64,000 bases of DNA, taken from contig CAWGFP010000009.1 in NCBI GenBank assembly GCA_963821905.1, forward strand, positions 647,412 through 711,411, written 5' to 3'. The notes beneath the pieces are model-generated. The model was not told the DNA's origin and did no database searches. It was given only the letters and a program-made list of their open reading frames with translations. A program made the position numbers and the translations under genes. Position 1 is the first letter of the stretch. The number at the start of each line of letters is the position of its first letter. Below, in pieces: positions 18,900-29,246 of the stretch. The DNA comes from Thermoanaerobaculia bacterium (GTDB lineage: Bacteria; Acidobacteriota; Thermoanaerobaculia; Multivoradales; JAGPDF01).

Positions 18900-21800
18900 A
18901 TGCTCGCAGGCTTGCTGCGCTTCGAATGGCGATATCAGACGCGCCGGCTCACCTTTGTGGCGGTGGCCGCATTCTTCGTCTTCATCGGCTTCTCGGTGGC
19001 GGCGACTGAGTTCGGTCCCAATGACATCCACATGAATTCGCCGTTTTCGATCGCCCAGTCGATCGGTCTGGCCTCGCTGGTGATCGTCCTGGCCGCCACC
19101 TTCTTCGCCGCTCAAGCCGCGCTGCGCGATTCCGAGCACCGCATGGCCGAGATCGTCTACTCGACCGCGATTACACGCCGGCAGTACGTCTTCGGGCGCT
19201 ATGCCGGTCTCACCGCCGCGGCGCTGACGGCTTTCTCGTTCGTCGTGCCGGGCATGCTCGCCGGCACCTACCTCGCGACTCACGACGAGACGAGCGTGGG
19301 AACTTTCCGGCTCGTGTCCTATCTCTGGCCTTTCGTCATCCTGGCGCTGCCCAACGTGCTGTTGGTGACGGCCCTCCTCTTCGCCCTCGCCTTGACCACG
19401 CGCAGCACGCTTGCCACCTATGTCGGCGGAGTCGTGTTGTACGTGGTGTACTGGGCCGCCGCCCTGCTCTCGGGTTCGCCGCTCATGGCCGGGACGTCGC
19501 CGCCGAGCGCGCGCGGCATGGCCATCGCGGCCGTGGCCGATCCTTTCGGTCTTTCGGCCTTCTTCGAGCAGACGCGCTACTGGACGGCGGCGGAGCGCGA
19601 AACGCGGTTGCTCGATCTCGGCGGCCATCTGCTGCTGAATCGGTTGCTCTGGCTGGCGCTGACGGCTGCGGTGCTGGCGGGGCTTTATCGGTGGTTCTCG
19701 TTCCGGCTACCGGCCGGCGCGCGCGGCGCCACGGAGGTCGAAGAGTCAACGTCGCAGGCGGTGCAGTTGAGGCCGGCCCCGGTGACTCGCGGAGCTCGGG
19801 CTGCGCTGGGCGCGTTGCTGAGCGCCACCGCCCGCGAGACGCGCCACGCCCTGCGCAGCTGGCCGCTCATCGCGTTGCTCGTCGGCTGGGTGGCGAACAT
19901 CGCGATCGAGCTGTCGCAGACCTTCGGCCATGCCGAGTTCGCGACCGCCATCCTGCCGGCCACCGCACTGGTGCGCGAGGAGCTGGCTCAGCCGCTTTCA
20001 TCTGTTCGGACTTCTGGTCCTGGTCTACTACGCCGCCGAGCTGGTCTGGCGGGAGCGCTCGGCGGGGATGCACGAGATCGTCGACGCGACCCCGGTCGCC
20101 AACGGGGTTCTGCTCGGCTCGAAGCTCGCCGCCCTCGGCATCGTGATCGTAGTCCTGGCCGCGGTCTCCACGGTCGCCGCCATGACCTTCCAGCTCCTCT
20201 CCGGCTGGACGCGCTTCGAGCCGTCGCTCTATGCCTCGCTGCTGGTCTTCGCCGGGCTGCCGCTGGCGCTGGTCGCGGTGCTCGTGGTCCTGGTGCAAAC
20301 GCTGGTGCCCAATCGCTACCTCGGCATCCTGCTCAGCGCGGCTACCGTCGTGTACTGGCATCTCGGCGCGTTCGGCGGCCCGCAGCATCCGCTGCTGCGT
20401 TACGCCGCGGCGCCCGAGGTGCCGTACTCGGACATCGCGGGGTTCGGTCCGGAGACGCTCTCGTTCGCTTGGTTCAGCGCCTACTGGGCCGCGTTCGCCT
20501 TGCTGCTGGCGGCCCTGGGCTGCGGTTTGTGGAGGCGGGGAACCGATTCCCGGCTGAGTGTCAGGTGGCGGACACTGCGGAGCGGTTGGAGCGCGCCGGC
20601 CCGGATCGTGGCGCTCGCGGCGGCCGTCGCCTGGATCGCGCTGGGCGGGCTGGTCTTCCGCCAGACCAATCGCTGGAACGCCTACCGTACGGCGGAAGAG
20701 GTCGAGCGCTGGAAGGCGGACTACGAGCGCACCTACCGGCGCGCCGAGACCGCTGCTCCAACCTACGCCGGTCGACGTGCGGTTGGAAGTCGACCTGTAT
20801 CCCGCGCAGCGGCGCTACGCGGTGCGGGGGAGCTACTCGCTCGAAAATCGAACCGAGAGCGCGATCGAGTCCTTGTGGGTGGTCGCTCGGCGCGACCTGT
20901 CTCGAATCGACCTTCGCGTCGCCGGGCGTCTGGCCGTGGAACAGGATGCCGTCTTCGGCACGCAGCGGTTCGCGCTGTCGCCGCCGCTCTCGCCCGGAGG
21001 GCGAGTGGCCCTCGACTTCGATCTGGAGGTGGTGCGCCGCGGCGCGGTGGCCGGGGATCCGGATCACGGCATCGTGCGCAACGGCAGCTTCCTGCTCAGC
21101 CACACCTCGCTGCCGACCATCGGCTACCGGCGAAGCTACGAGCTCGAGGACTCCGACGCTCGTCGCCGCCAGGGTCTGGCGCCGCGCGCGCGCAGCGCGA
21201 CGCTCGAAGAGGCCGCGGGCGCGGACCTGGGGGTCGCTCCGCCGGTGCTCTTCACCTTCGACGCCACGCTGACCACCGAGCCCGATCAGATCGCGCTCGC
21301 CCCGGGGGCGCTGGTCGAGAGCGGCGAGCGCAACGGACGCCGCTTCTTTCGCTACCGCTCGCCGGGCGCCGTCTCGCCGCTCCTCGCCTTCGTCTCCGGC
21401 CGCTATGCCGTCGTCCGCCGCGAGCACCACGGTGTCGCGCTCGAGGTCTATCACCATCCGGACCACGCCCAGAACGTGGAGGCGATGCTCGACGCCGCAG
21501 CGCGGGCGCTCGACTACTGCGTCGCGCAGTTCGGTCCCTACCCGCACGCCGAGCTGCGCATCGTCGAGGCGCCCTCCTCCTCGCCGATCGCCCAGCGCGG
21601 CACCGGCTTCGCGTTGCCCGGCACCATCTTCCTGCTGGAGCATCGCGGCTTCTTGACCGACCGCAGCGATGCCGAGCGGGTGGACATCGTCACCAAGCGA
21701 GTGGCGCACGAGGTGGCCCACCAGTGGTGGGGTCATCAGGTCTCGCCGGCCGCGCTGCCCGGCGCCTCGACGCTGGTCGAGAGCCTGGCGCGCTACACCG

Positions 21801-22480
21801 AGATGCGGGTGCTCGCCGAGCTTCACGGCGAGGCGTCGGTGGCCAGGCTCCTCGCTTTCGAGCTCGACCGCTACCTCGCCGGCCGCGCGGGCGGCGACGA
21901 AGTGCCGCTCACTGAGGTCGAGGACCAGGGCTACGTCTCCTACGCCAAGGGCGGCCTGGTGATGGCGGCGATTCGCGATCTGATCGGCGAGCCGGCGACC
22001 AACGCCGCCCTCCGCCGCTTGATCGATGACGTGCACGCCGGCAGGCAGCCGGACGCGAACGACCTGCTGACCTACCTGCTGGAGGCCGCGCCCGAAGAGG
22101 ATCACGCCCTGATCGAGCAGTGGCTGCGCGGCGTGGTGCTCTACGACCTGCGCGTCGCCGCCGCCAGCGGGACTGCCCTCGCCGGCGGCCGTCAACGAAT
22201 CGACCTGCGGGTCGAGGCGCGCAAGAGCGATGGCGGCGCGGAACACGAGCTTCCGATGAACGAGGAGATCGAGATCGCTCTCTATGCCGACGACCCCGGC
22301 GTTGACGGCCGCGGCGGTGAGCCGCTGCAGACCCGGCGCTATCGGCTGCGAGGCGCGACCGACCTCTCCTTCGAGGCCGACGGCAGGGCGCGCTACGTGC
22401 TGGTCGACCCCGATCTGCTGCGGATCGACAGAAACCGGGCCGACAACCTCCGGCCGATCGCACGCGTCACCGACCGCTGA
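18900..22480 (+). CDS. ABC-2-type permease fused to an M1-family zinc aminopeptidase domain; two frame breaks as assembled
   Basis: N-terminal half is polytopic: MLAGLLRFEWRYQTRRLTFVAVAAFFVFIGF..., with many helices through about 20700. C-terminal half is M1-like: LEVDLYPAQRRYAVRGSYSLENR..., with zinc site VAHEVAHQWWGH...VESLARY. The gene is assembled from ORFs 18387..21272, 19930..21915 and 20558..22480, with breaks near 19995 and 20755. The start is ATG 18900, or GTG 18891 overlapping the upstream stop. Confidence 0.8.
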
Positions 22481-22517
22481 CAGAGGAGGGTTGCGGACGG
22501 CCGCGGCGATCGCGGCC

Positions 22518-22523
22518 TATAAT
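22518..22523 (+). promoter_or_regulatory. Perfect TATAAT hexamer 8 nt upstream of the cupredoxin start codon (possible leaderless promoter)
   Basis: TATAAT at 22518-22523; GTG start at 22532. No Shine-Dalgarno lies between them, and I see no convincing -35 at 16-18 nt spacing. Confidence 0.3.
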
Positions 22524-22531
22524 CCGCGCCA

Positions 22532-23194
22532 GTGAACCCGCAACCCGCCGCGGCCGGCAGTCGTTGGCCAGTGGTGCTCACCGTCGGGCTGTTGACGGCC
22601 GGAGCGCTGCGCGGCGCCGCGGTCGAGGTCACGCTCCATCAATCCGACGGCGCACCCCTGGAGGGTGCGGTCCTGATGGTGCACCCGCTCCACGCGCCAC
22701 CGCTGCCGCCGCCGGAGCCGGCCACTATGGATCAGCGCGAGCAACGTTTCGTGCCCCACGTCCTTACGGTGCAGACCGGCGGCACGGTGCGTTTTCCGAA
22801 TTCCGACGCGGTCAGCCATCATGTCTATTCGTTCTCCCCGGCCAAGAAGTTCGAGCTGTTCCTCGCCAAGGGCGCGCCGGCGAAGGAAGTGGTGTTCGAC
22901 AAACCCGGCGTCGTCGCCCTGGGCTGCAACATCCACGACTGGATGCTGGCTTACGTTCTCGTCGCGGACACGCCGTACGTCGCGGTCACCGGCGCGAACG
23001 GTTCGGCGGCGGTGAACGGCTTGCCCGCTGGGCGCTATCGCCTGGAGGCTTGGCATCCGCGGCTGGTCGATCCGCCGGCGATGCTGCGCCGCGACGTCAG
23101 TCTCGATAGCGACAGCCACGAGAGTTGGAAGCTGCGGCTCGAAAAAGCGCTGCTGCCGGCTCGCGACCAGCGGCCCCGCTTCGTGGACTACTGA
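22532..23194 (+). CDS. Exported cupredoxin-like protein (family often annotated as methylamine utilization protein)
   Basis: Intact 220 aa. Signal peptide WPVVLTVGLLTAGALRGAAV. VRFPNSDAVSHHVYSF and LGCNIHDWM give a His...Cys-x2-His-x2-Met pattern like a type-1 copper site. The C-terminal AAVNGLPAGRYRLEAWH resembles a carboxypeptidase-regulatory-like beta sandwich. Confidence 0.75.
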   Translation: MNPQPAAAGSRWPVVLTVGLLTAGALRGAAVEVTLHQSDGAPLEGAVLMVHPLHAPPLPPPEPATMDQREQRFVPHVLTVQTGGTVRFPNSDAVSHHVYSFSPAKKFELFLAKGAPAKEVVFDKPGVVALGCNIHDWMLAYVLVADTPYVAVTGANGSAAVNGLPAGRYRLEAWHPRLVDPPAMLRRDVSLDSDSHESWKLRLEKALLPARDQRPRFVDY

Positions 23195-23195
23195 C

Positions 23196-25577
23196 ATGGC
23201 GGCGCGCTCTGCCTCGGCGCTGAGCTTGCAGAGTCGCATCTTCGCGCTCTTCCTGACCCTGCTGCTGGTCGTTCTCGGGGTCACTCTCTACACCGTCTCC
23301 CGCGCGACCTATCGCCACTCGATCGCGCGCGCCGAGGACGAGCTGGCGTACGGCCGACGCATCTTTCACGACAAGCTCGATGGCCGCCGCCGGGCTCTGG
23401 CGGAATCGGGGACCGCTCTCGCCAAGGAGGACGCCTTGCGCCAGGCCGTCTTCGCCGGCGGTGAAGATCGCGACTCGGTGACCGTGGCGCTCGACAATCA
23501 TCGCGCGCGCACCAGCGCCGGCCTCGCACTGCTGGTCGGCCTCGACGGGACGGTGCTGGCGGACACTTCCGACCGGCGCCGGGAGGGGCTGCTGTTCGCG
23601 TACCCCGATCTCCTGCGTGAGCCGGTCGACGCCGAAGCCGCTGCTCCTGCCTCGCGGATCGCCGAGCTCGGTGGCGTCGCCTACCAGCTGGTCGCGGTGC
23701 CCTATTACGTGCCGGTCAGCGCGCCGCGCCCCAGCCTCTGGCTGGTCCTGGGACGCGCCCTCGACGACGACTTCGCCACCGAGATGCAGCAGCTGATCGG
23801 CGCCGAGGTCGTGATCGTGCGCCGCGGCGCCGAGGCGCGCTGGCTCGCGGCTTCGCTCGCCGGCGCGGCCCGAGACAGTGTGGTGGAGCTCGCTGGCGGT
23901 GGCGAGACCGTGGCGGTGAAGCGTTTGGCGGGAGTCGAGATGCTGGTGCTGCCAGTTGCGTTGCCCGGGGCCGACGGTCTGACCGCCGTTCTGCTGCTGC
24001 CGACCGCAGCGGCCCTGCTCGATTACCGCCAGCTCTCCGGACGATTCGCGTTCGTGGCGCTCGGCGCCGCACTGCTCGCTTTGGTGGGCGCACTGGCTTT
24101 CGCCCGGGGCGTGGCACGACCCATCCACGCCCTGGGCGAGGCGGCGCGCCGGGTGGCGGCTGGCGACTACGCCGCCGAGCTGCCGCGCTCTGGAGCCGTC
24201 GAGATCGCCGCCTTGGCGCGCGACTTCGCGACCATGCAGCACGAGGTGCGGGCGCGCGAGGAGGCGATCGAGCGCCTGGCGTTCCATGACGAGCTCACCG
24301 GCTTGCCCAATCGCACCAGCTTCCGGCGCGAGCTCGAGCGCGGGGTCGCGCGGGCTGGGCGCGAACACGTGCACCTGGCAGTGGCGGTGCTCGATCTCGA
24401 TCGCTTCCGCGACATCAACGAGACGCTCGGCCATCATCTCGGCGACGGGCTGTTGCGCGAAGTCGGACAGCGCCTGCGGACCGTGGCCGGCGAGCGTGGC
24501 CTCAGCGCGGCGCGCCTGGGCGGCGACGAGTTCGGGCTGCTTTGGCCGGTGCCCGTGGTCAGCGAGGCTCCGGCGGCGGTCACCGCGGTGCGCGCCGCGC
24601 TGGAGCGCGAGATGGCGCTCGAGGATCTGCGTATCGACGTGCGGGCGAGCTGCGGGGTCGCCTTCTACCCCGACGACGGCAGCGACGCGGCGGCCCTCCT
24701 GCGCCGCGCCGAAGTGGCCATGTACTTCGCCAAGGAGCGGCGCCTCGGCTTCGCCTTCTACGATCCCTCGCAAGACCGCCATAGCGTGCAGCGCTTGAGC
24801 CTGGCCGGCGACCTCCATCGCGCGGTCGAGGCCGGGGCCTTGACCCTCGCCTTCCAGCCCAAGCTCGATCTGGGCAGCGGCCGCGTGCGCCAGGTCGAAG
24901 CCCTGCTGCGCTGGGATCATCCGCGGCTCGGCGCGGTGGCTCCGGCGGAGTTCATCCCCATCGCCGAGCAGACCGGCTTGATCCGCAAGATCACCGAATG
25001 GGTGCTGCGGGCGGCGCTGGAGCAGGCGGCCGAATGGCAGCGCCAGGGTTTGCCACTCACCGTGGCGGTCAACATCTCGGCGCTCGACCTGCACGACCGC
25101 GAGCTGCCCGCGCGGCTCCGCGCCCTGCTCGACGAGACCGGAGTGCCGGCCGAGCGGCTGGCGCTCGAGATCACCGAGAGTACAGTGATGGCGGAGCCCG
25201 AGATCGCGCGCCGCCTGCTCGACGAGGTGGCGGCGATGGGCACCACGGTGTGCGTCGACGATTTCGGCACCGGCTACTCCTCGCTCGCCCAGCTGCAGCG
25301 GCTGCCGGTGCAAGAGCTCAAGGTCGACAAGTCGTTCGTGATCGAGATGACGCGCTCCAAGGACCTCGCCCAGATCGTGCGCTCGACGATCGAGCTCGGC
25401 CACAACCTCGGCATGCGCGTGGTGGCGGAGGGCGTCGAATCGCGCGAGACGCTGGAAGCGTTGCGGGCCATGGGTTGCGATATGGCGCAGGGGTTCCACG
25501 TCAGCGCGCCGCTCGCCGCCGTCGAGCTGGCCGCCTGGCTGCGCAGTCCGGCGGCGCTCGAGGACCGTTCGGCGTGA
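23196..25577 (+). CDS. Membrane sensor diguanylate cyclase/phosphodiesterase (periplasmic sensor-HAMP-GGDEF-EAL)
   Basis: Intact 793 aa. TM1 IFALFLTLLLVVLGVTLY, a ~250-aa periplasmic region, TM2 FAFVALGAALLALVGALAF, HAMP ARPIHALGEAARRVAAGDY. GGDEF domain: HDELTGLPNR...RLGGDEFGLL. EAL domain: QVEALLRW, DDFGTGYSSL, ELKVDKSF. The start is 1 nt after the upstream stop (TGAcATG). Confidence 0.9.
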   Translation: MAARSASALSLQSRIFALFLTLLLVVLGVTLYTVSRATYRHSIARAEDELAYGRRIFHDKLDGRRRALAESGTALAKEDALRQAVFAGGEDRDSVTVALDNHRARTSAGLALLVGLDGTVLADTSDRRREGLLFAYPDLLREPVDAEAAAPASRIAELGGVAYQLVAVPYYVPVSAPRPSLWLVLGRALDDDFATEMQQLIGAEVVIVRRGAEARWLAASLAGAARDSVVELAGGGETVAVKRLAGVEMLVLPVALPGADGLTAVLLLPTAAALLDYRQLSGRFAFVALGAALLALVGALAFARGVARPIHALGEAARRVAAGDYAAELPRSGAVEIAALARDFATMQHEVRAREEAIERLAFHDELTGLPNRTSFRRELERGVARAGREHVHLAVAVLDLDRFRDINETLGHHLGDGLLREVGQRLRTVAGERGLSAARLGGDEFGLLWPVPVVSEAPAAVTAVRAALEREMALEDLRIDVRASCGVAFYPDDGSDAAALLRRAEVAMYFAKERRLGFAFYDPSQDRHSVQRLSLAGDLHRAVEAGALTLAFQPKLDLGSGRVRQVEALLRWDHPRLGAVAPAEFIPIAEQTGLIRKITEWVLRAALEQAAEWQRQGLPLTVAVNISALDLHDRELPARLRALLDETGVPAERLALEITESTVMAEPEIARRLLDEVAAMGTTVCVDDFGTGYSSLAQLQRLPVQELKVDKSFVIEMTRSKDLAQIVRSTIELGHNLGMRVVAEGVESRETLEALRAMGCDMAQGFHVSAPLAAVELAAWLRSPAALEDRSA

Positions 25578-26824
25578 GGTCTCGGAAACTCGCCATAGCG
25601 ATTCTGACGGCCGCAGTCGCAACCCCTTCATTTGGCGCCGAGCATCGGCTACACGGCTTGCTCGACCTGCGGGCGATCGCCGGCTTCGATGGAGTTTCGT
25701 GGCTCGACGCCGGCTTCGATCGGGCTCGCTTCAGCGACGATGACGATGCGGTGGTCCCTGGAGCGGTGCTGCTCGAGTACCAGGGACGATGGCTCCCGAC
25801 GCTCGAGGCGCGGCTGACGCTGGCGGGCTACGACGAGACCGGGCACACCGTCGACTTCACCGAGGCGTTCCTGGAGTACAACCCCGTGCCGCGCTCGGCC
25901 TGGCGGTTCAAGGCGAAGGGCGGCGTGTTCTACCCGCCGGTCTCGCTCGAGAACACCGCCGTCGGTTGGACCAGTCCCTACACCCTCAGCTTCTCGGCGA
26001 TCGACACCTGGATCGGCGAGGAGGTGAGAATCGCCGGCATCGAAGCCGCCGCGACCCACATGGGGCGCTTCACCGGCTCGGCGCACGACTGGACGGTGCT
26101 CGCTGCGGCGGTGCGCGGCAACGATCCTCTCGGCGCGCTGATCGCCTGGCGTGGCTTCGCGATTCACGATCGCCAGTCTCGCTGGCACGAGCACTTCCCG
26201 TTCGCCGACCTGCCGAACTTCGGCGACGATGGCTACTTCTCGCCGCAGGGAGCCTTCGAAGAGCCCTTCAAGGAGTTCGATAGGCGCACCGGCTACTACG
26301 CCGGAGTGAACTGGAACGCGTTCGACCGCTCACGGCTGCGCTATCTGCACTACGACAACCTGGCCGATCCGCTGGTGGTCGAAGACGGCCAGTGGGCCTG
26401 GCGTACACGCTTCGACCACCTCGGGTGGCAAGTCGTGCTGCCCGATGGCGCGGATCTGCTGGTGCAAGGGCTGTACGGCGACACCCGCATGGACGGCGGT
26501 GACGGCCCGCTGGTCTACAGCGACTTCGCCGCTGCCTACGCGCTCTGGAGCCGGGCCTGGGGACGGCACCGCTGGAGCGGGCGAGCCGATCTCTGGTCGG
26601 TCTCCGACCAGGACACCTCGCCCAACGATCCCAACCAGGAGCACGGCCACGCCTTCACCGCGGCGTACTTCTACACCCCACCGCCGATCTCACGCTTCGG
26701 CGGCTGGCGCGCAGGACTCGAGCTGCGCGCCCTAGAGAGCGACCGGCCTGCGCGCCGCATCCTCGGCGAGGACGCGCGGCGCAGCGAAACGACCCTCGAG
26801 GGCACGCTGCAGTGGACCTTCTGA
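25574..26824 (+). CDS. Outer-membrane beta-barrel protein (uncharacterised family)
   Basis: GTG 25574 overlaps the upstream stop (GTGA). Signal peptide RKLAIAILTAAVATPSFGAE. The sequence is aromatic-rich with an alternating pattern, and the C-terminal ...LEGTLQWTF ends in Phe as in OMP barrels. This is the real part of ORF 24998..26824. Confidence 0.7.
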   Translation: MRSRKLAIAILTAAVATPSFGAEHRLHGLLDLRAIAGFDGVSWLDAGFDRARFSDDDDAVVPGAVLLEYQGRWLPTLEARLTLAGYDETGHTVDFTEAFLEYNPVPRSAWRFKAKGGVFYPPVSLENTAVGWTSPYTLSFSAIDTWIGEEVRIAGIEAAATHMGRFTGSAHDWTVLAAAVRGNDPLGALIAWRGFAIHDRQSRWHEHFPFADLPNFGDDGYFSPQGAFEEPFKEFDRRTGYYAGVNWNAFDRSRLRYLHYDNLADPLVVEDGQWAWRTRFDHLGWQVVLPDGADLLVQGLYGDTRMDGGDGPLVYSDFAAAYALWSRAWGRHRWSGRADLWSVSDQDTSPNDPNQEHGHAFTAAYFYTPPPISRFGGWRAGLELRALESDRPARRILGEDARRSETTLEGTLQWTF

Positions 26825-26831
26825 GCCGGGG

Positions 26832-29186
26832 CTAGAAGCGGCTGGAAATCGACAGCCGCACCGCGCGCGGTGAGCCCGGCGTGATGTTGGTGTTGTTGTG
26901 CGCAGCGACGTAGTAGTCCTCGTCGAGCAGGTTCTCGACATTGACCTGGGCCCGCAGGCGCTGGCTGAAGTTGTAGAACAGCGCGGCGTCGAACCGGGTA
27001 ATGCCGGCAGGGTCACCAGGTTGTCGGTCGAGGTGAAGACGTCGCTCGCGGTAGATGAGGCCGAGTCCCGACACCCCAGCTCGGCGAGAAGTCGTAGCGG
27101 TTCCAGAGCGAGAACGAGTGCTCGGGCAGCTTGCGCCAGCGTCGCGCCGGCCTGCGCGGTGGCGGAGATCGACGCGTGATCTCGCCGTCCTGATAGGCGT
27201 AGCCGCCGGTCAAGGCTCCACGCCGCGCGTCAGCTGGCCGCTGAGGCCGAGCTCGACGCCGTCGGTGCGCTGCGCGTCGACCAGGATCGAGCGCGAGGGG
27301 TCGGCGGGTCCGGCACCACGACGTTGCTGCGGTCGAGGCGGTAGACGGCCGCCGTGAAGCCGAGGTCCGGGCGCAGAGTCCCACTTCGCGCCGAGCTCGT
27401 AGTTCGTGAACTCCTCCGGGTCGAGCGCGCTGGTTGGTCGGCGAGAGCGAGCGCGAGCTGCTCGCCGGCGCGCGGCAGGTAGGAAAGGCTGTAGCTGCCG
27501 TAGAGCGAGACCGGATCCGACCGGCTTGAAGATCAGGCCGACGCGCGGCGACACGCAGGCCGTCGTCGCTCGAGAGGTCGGTGCCGTTGCGGTGGTTGTC
27601 GAAGTCGACGTCGAAGCTGGTCGTAGCGCAGGCCGACCACCGCCTGCAAGCGCTGCGAGAAGCGTGACCTGGTCCTGCGCGTAGAGCGCGGCTACGGTCG
27701 CCACGCCGTGGTTGTCGGCATCGGTCGGCGCCCTGGCGGAACTCGACCGGCAGCGTCGGTCGTCGGCTCGGAGACGGCACCAGGACGCTGGTGACGGTCG
27801 GTCCGATCGCTGGTGAAGAAGCCGGTGTTGCGGAAGTTGTCGGTCTCCTGCCGGCCGAGCTCGGCGCCGGCGAGGAGCGTGTGCGCGAGGCGCCGGTGCG
27901 CGCGGTCGATCACCAGGTCGGTCTGGTTGAAGAGGTTCTGGCGCTGCGTGGCGTTGTTGTAGGCCGGAGATGCTCACCATCGTGCCGGCGGCGTTCACCG
28001 CGCCCGGGAAGACGTTCTGGTAGAACTTGTCGTAGTCCCCGTAGGTGAGCCGGTTGCGCAGGCTGAGCGTCACCGCTGAAGCTGTGCTCGAGCAGGCGCC
28101 GACACGGCGTGCACCGTGGCGTCGGAGTCGCTGCGGTCGGGGTCGCCGAAGAACGTCGCTGGATCGGTGTCGAGCGGCCGGCCGGCGAACGACGGGATGC
28201 CGCGGTCGGCGGTGCGGTCGTCGTGGAAGAACTCGTAGCCGGCGCGCAGCGTGGTCGCGGGCCCGAGCGCAAGGCGACGGTCGGGTTGGCGCCGTAGCGC
28301 TCGCGCTTCGACGCCGTCGCGGTACGAGTCCGGAGTCCTCGTAAACGCCGGTCGACCCGCGCCGCCAGCACTCGAAGTCAGGCGCCTGCCCGACGTCGGC
28401 GGTGGCGCGGCGGTTGTCCCACGAGCCGAGCTGCAGAGCTGAGCTCGCGCGTCTGACCCCAGTCGGCCTGGCGGGTCACGCGGTTGATCACGCCGCCCAC
28501 GCCGCCGCGGCCGAAGATCATGCGCGTTCGGGCCCTTCAGCGCCTCGACGCGCTCGACGTTGTAGAGGTCGCGGAAGTACTGCACGTCGTCGCGGACGCC
28601 GTCGACGAAGAAGTCGGAGGTCGAGCTGTTGCCGCGGAAGATCGGCGTGTCGCGGTTGCCCTCGCCCTGCGCCATGCCGACACCCGGCACGTAGCGCACG
28701 ACGTCGGCCATGCCCTGCATCCGCTGGTCGGCGATCAGCGTCGCCGGTGACCACGCTCACCGCCTGCGGCACGTCGCGCAGCGGGGTGGGGGTCTTGGTT
28801 GCGCTTCTCACCACCGGCACTTGATAAGGATCGGCCGCCTCGACGTCGATGCGCTCGGCGAAGCCCACGAGGTCGAGCACGTACGTTTCGTGCGCTGTAG
28901 CCGAAGTCACGGTCAGTGGCTGCGCAAGGCCGGTGAATCCGCTGGCCTCGATGGTCAGGGTGTAGATGCCCTCAGGGAGCTCGAGACGAAACCGGCCCGC
29001 AGAATTCGTCGCCGTGGAAGCAACGTCAGCCTCGACCTCCGGGCGGGCGGTTACCACGGCCCCCGGAACCGGCGAGTTGGTGGTGTCGACGACGTTTCCT
29101 TCTACCGGAGTCGCTGAGGCAAGGGCGGAGACCGCCAAGCAGGAGACCAACGTCGCTGCGGTCAACCATCGAGAAAGGCGAGACAT
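26832..29186 (-). pseudogene. TonB-dependent receptor with N-terminal carboxypeptidase-regulatory-like domain; many frame breaks as assembled
   Basis: N-terminus MSRLSRWLTAATLVSCLAVSALASA...GNVVDTTNSPVPGAVVTARP...GRFRLELPEGIYTLTIEASGF. Plug region: TPLRDVPQAVSVVTG, ADVVRYVPGVGMAQGEGNRDTPIFRGNSSTSDFFVDGVRDDVQYFRDLYNVERVEALKGPNA. Barrel pieces: LRNRLTYGDYDKFYQNVFPG, LDPEEFTNYELGAKWD, VDAQRTDGVELGLSGQLT. C-terminus: FYNFSQRLRAQVNVENLLDEDYYVAAHNNTNITPGSPRAVRLSISSRF. The pieces are scattered over all three minus frames (ORFs 26832..27074 to 28518..29288). Confidence 0.75.
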
Positions 29187-29229
29187 ATTCGAAACTCCCC
29201 CTTGGGTTTGTCGACCTTCGTAGTCCTTA

Positions 29230-29246
29230 TTGAGACGTATTCTCAA
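29230..29246 (-). promoter_or_regulatory. Palindromic Fur-box-like operator in the TonB-receptor promoter region
   Basis: The minus strand reads TTGAGAATACGTCTCAA (6-5-6 inverted repeat). The left half TGAGAAT resembles the Fur half-site TGATAAT. A TTGACA lies upstream on the minus strand (plus coordinates 29283-29288). The region is locally AT-richer. Confidence 0.3.

Noticed and set aside
22491-22535. 14-codon upstream ORF (TTG...TGA) ending in a GTGA overlap with the cupredoxin start, preceded by AGGAGG
   Set aside because: The AGGAGG ends 1 nt before the TTG, too close for a functional Shine-Dalgarno spacing. The peptide (MRTAAAIAAYNPRQ) has no regulatory hallmark, so this is probably coincidental.
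23097-25631. 844-aa ORF on the minus strand opposite the GGDEF-EAL gene
   Set aside because: It is an Arg/Gly/Ala/His/Glu-rich low-complexity translation with no recognisable motif. The plus strand carries unambiguous HAMP, GGDEF and EAL signatures over the same span. This is a typical shadow ORF of very GC-rich DNA.
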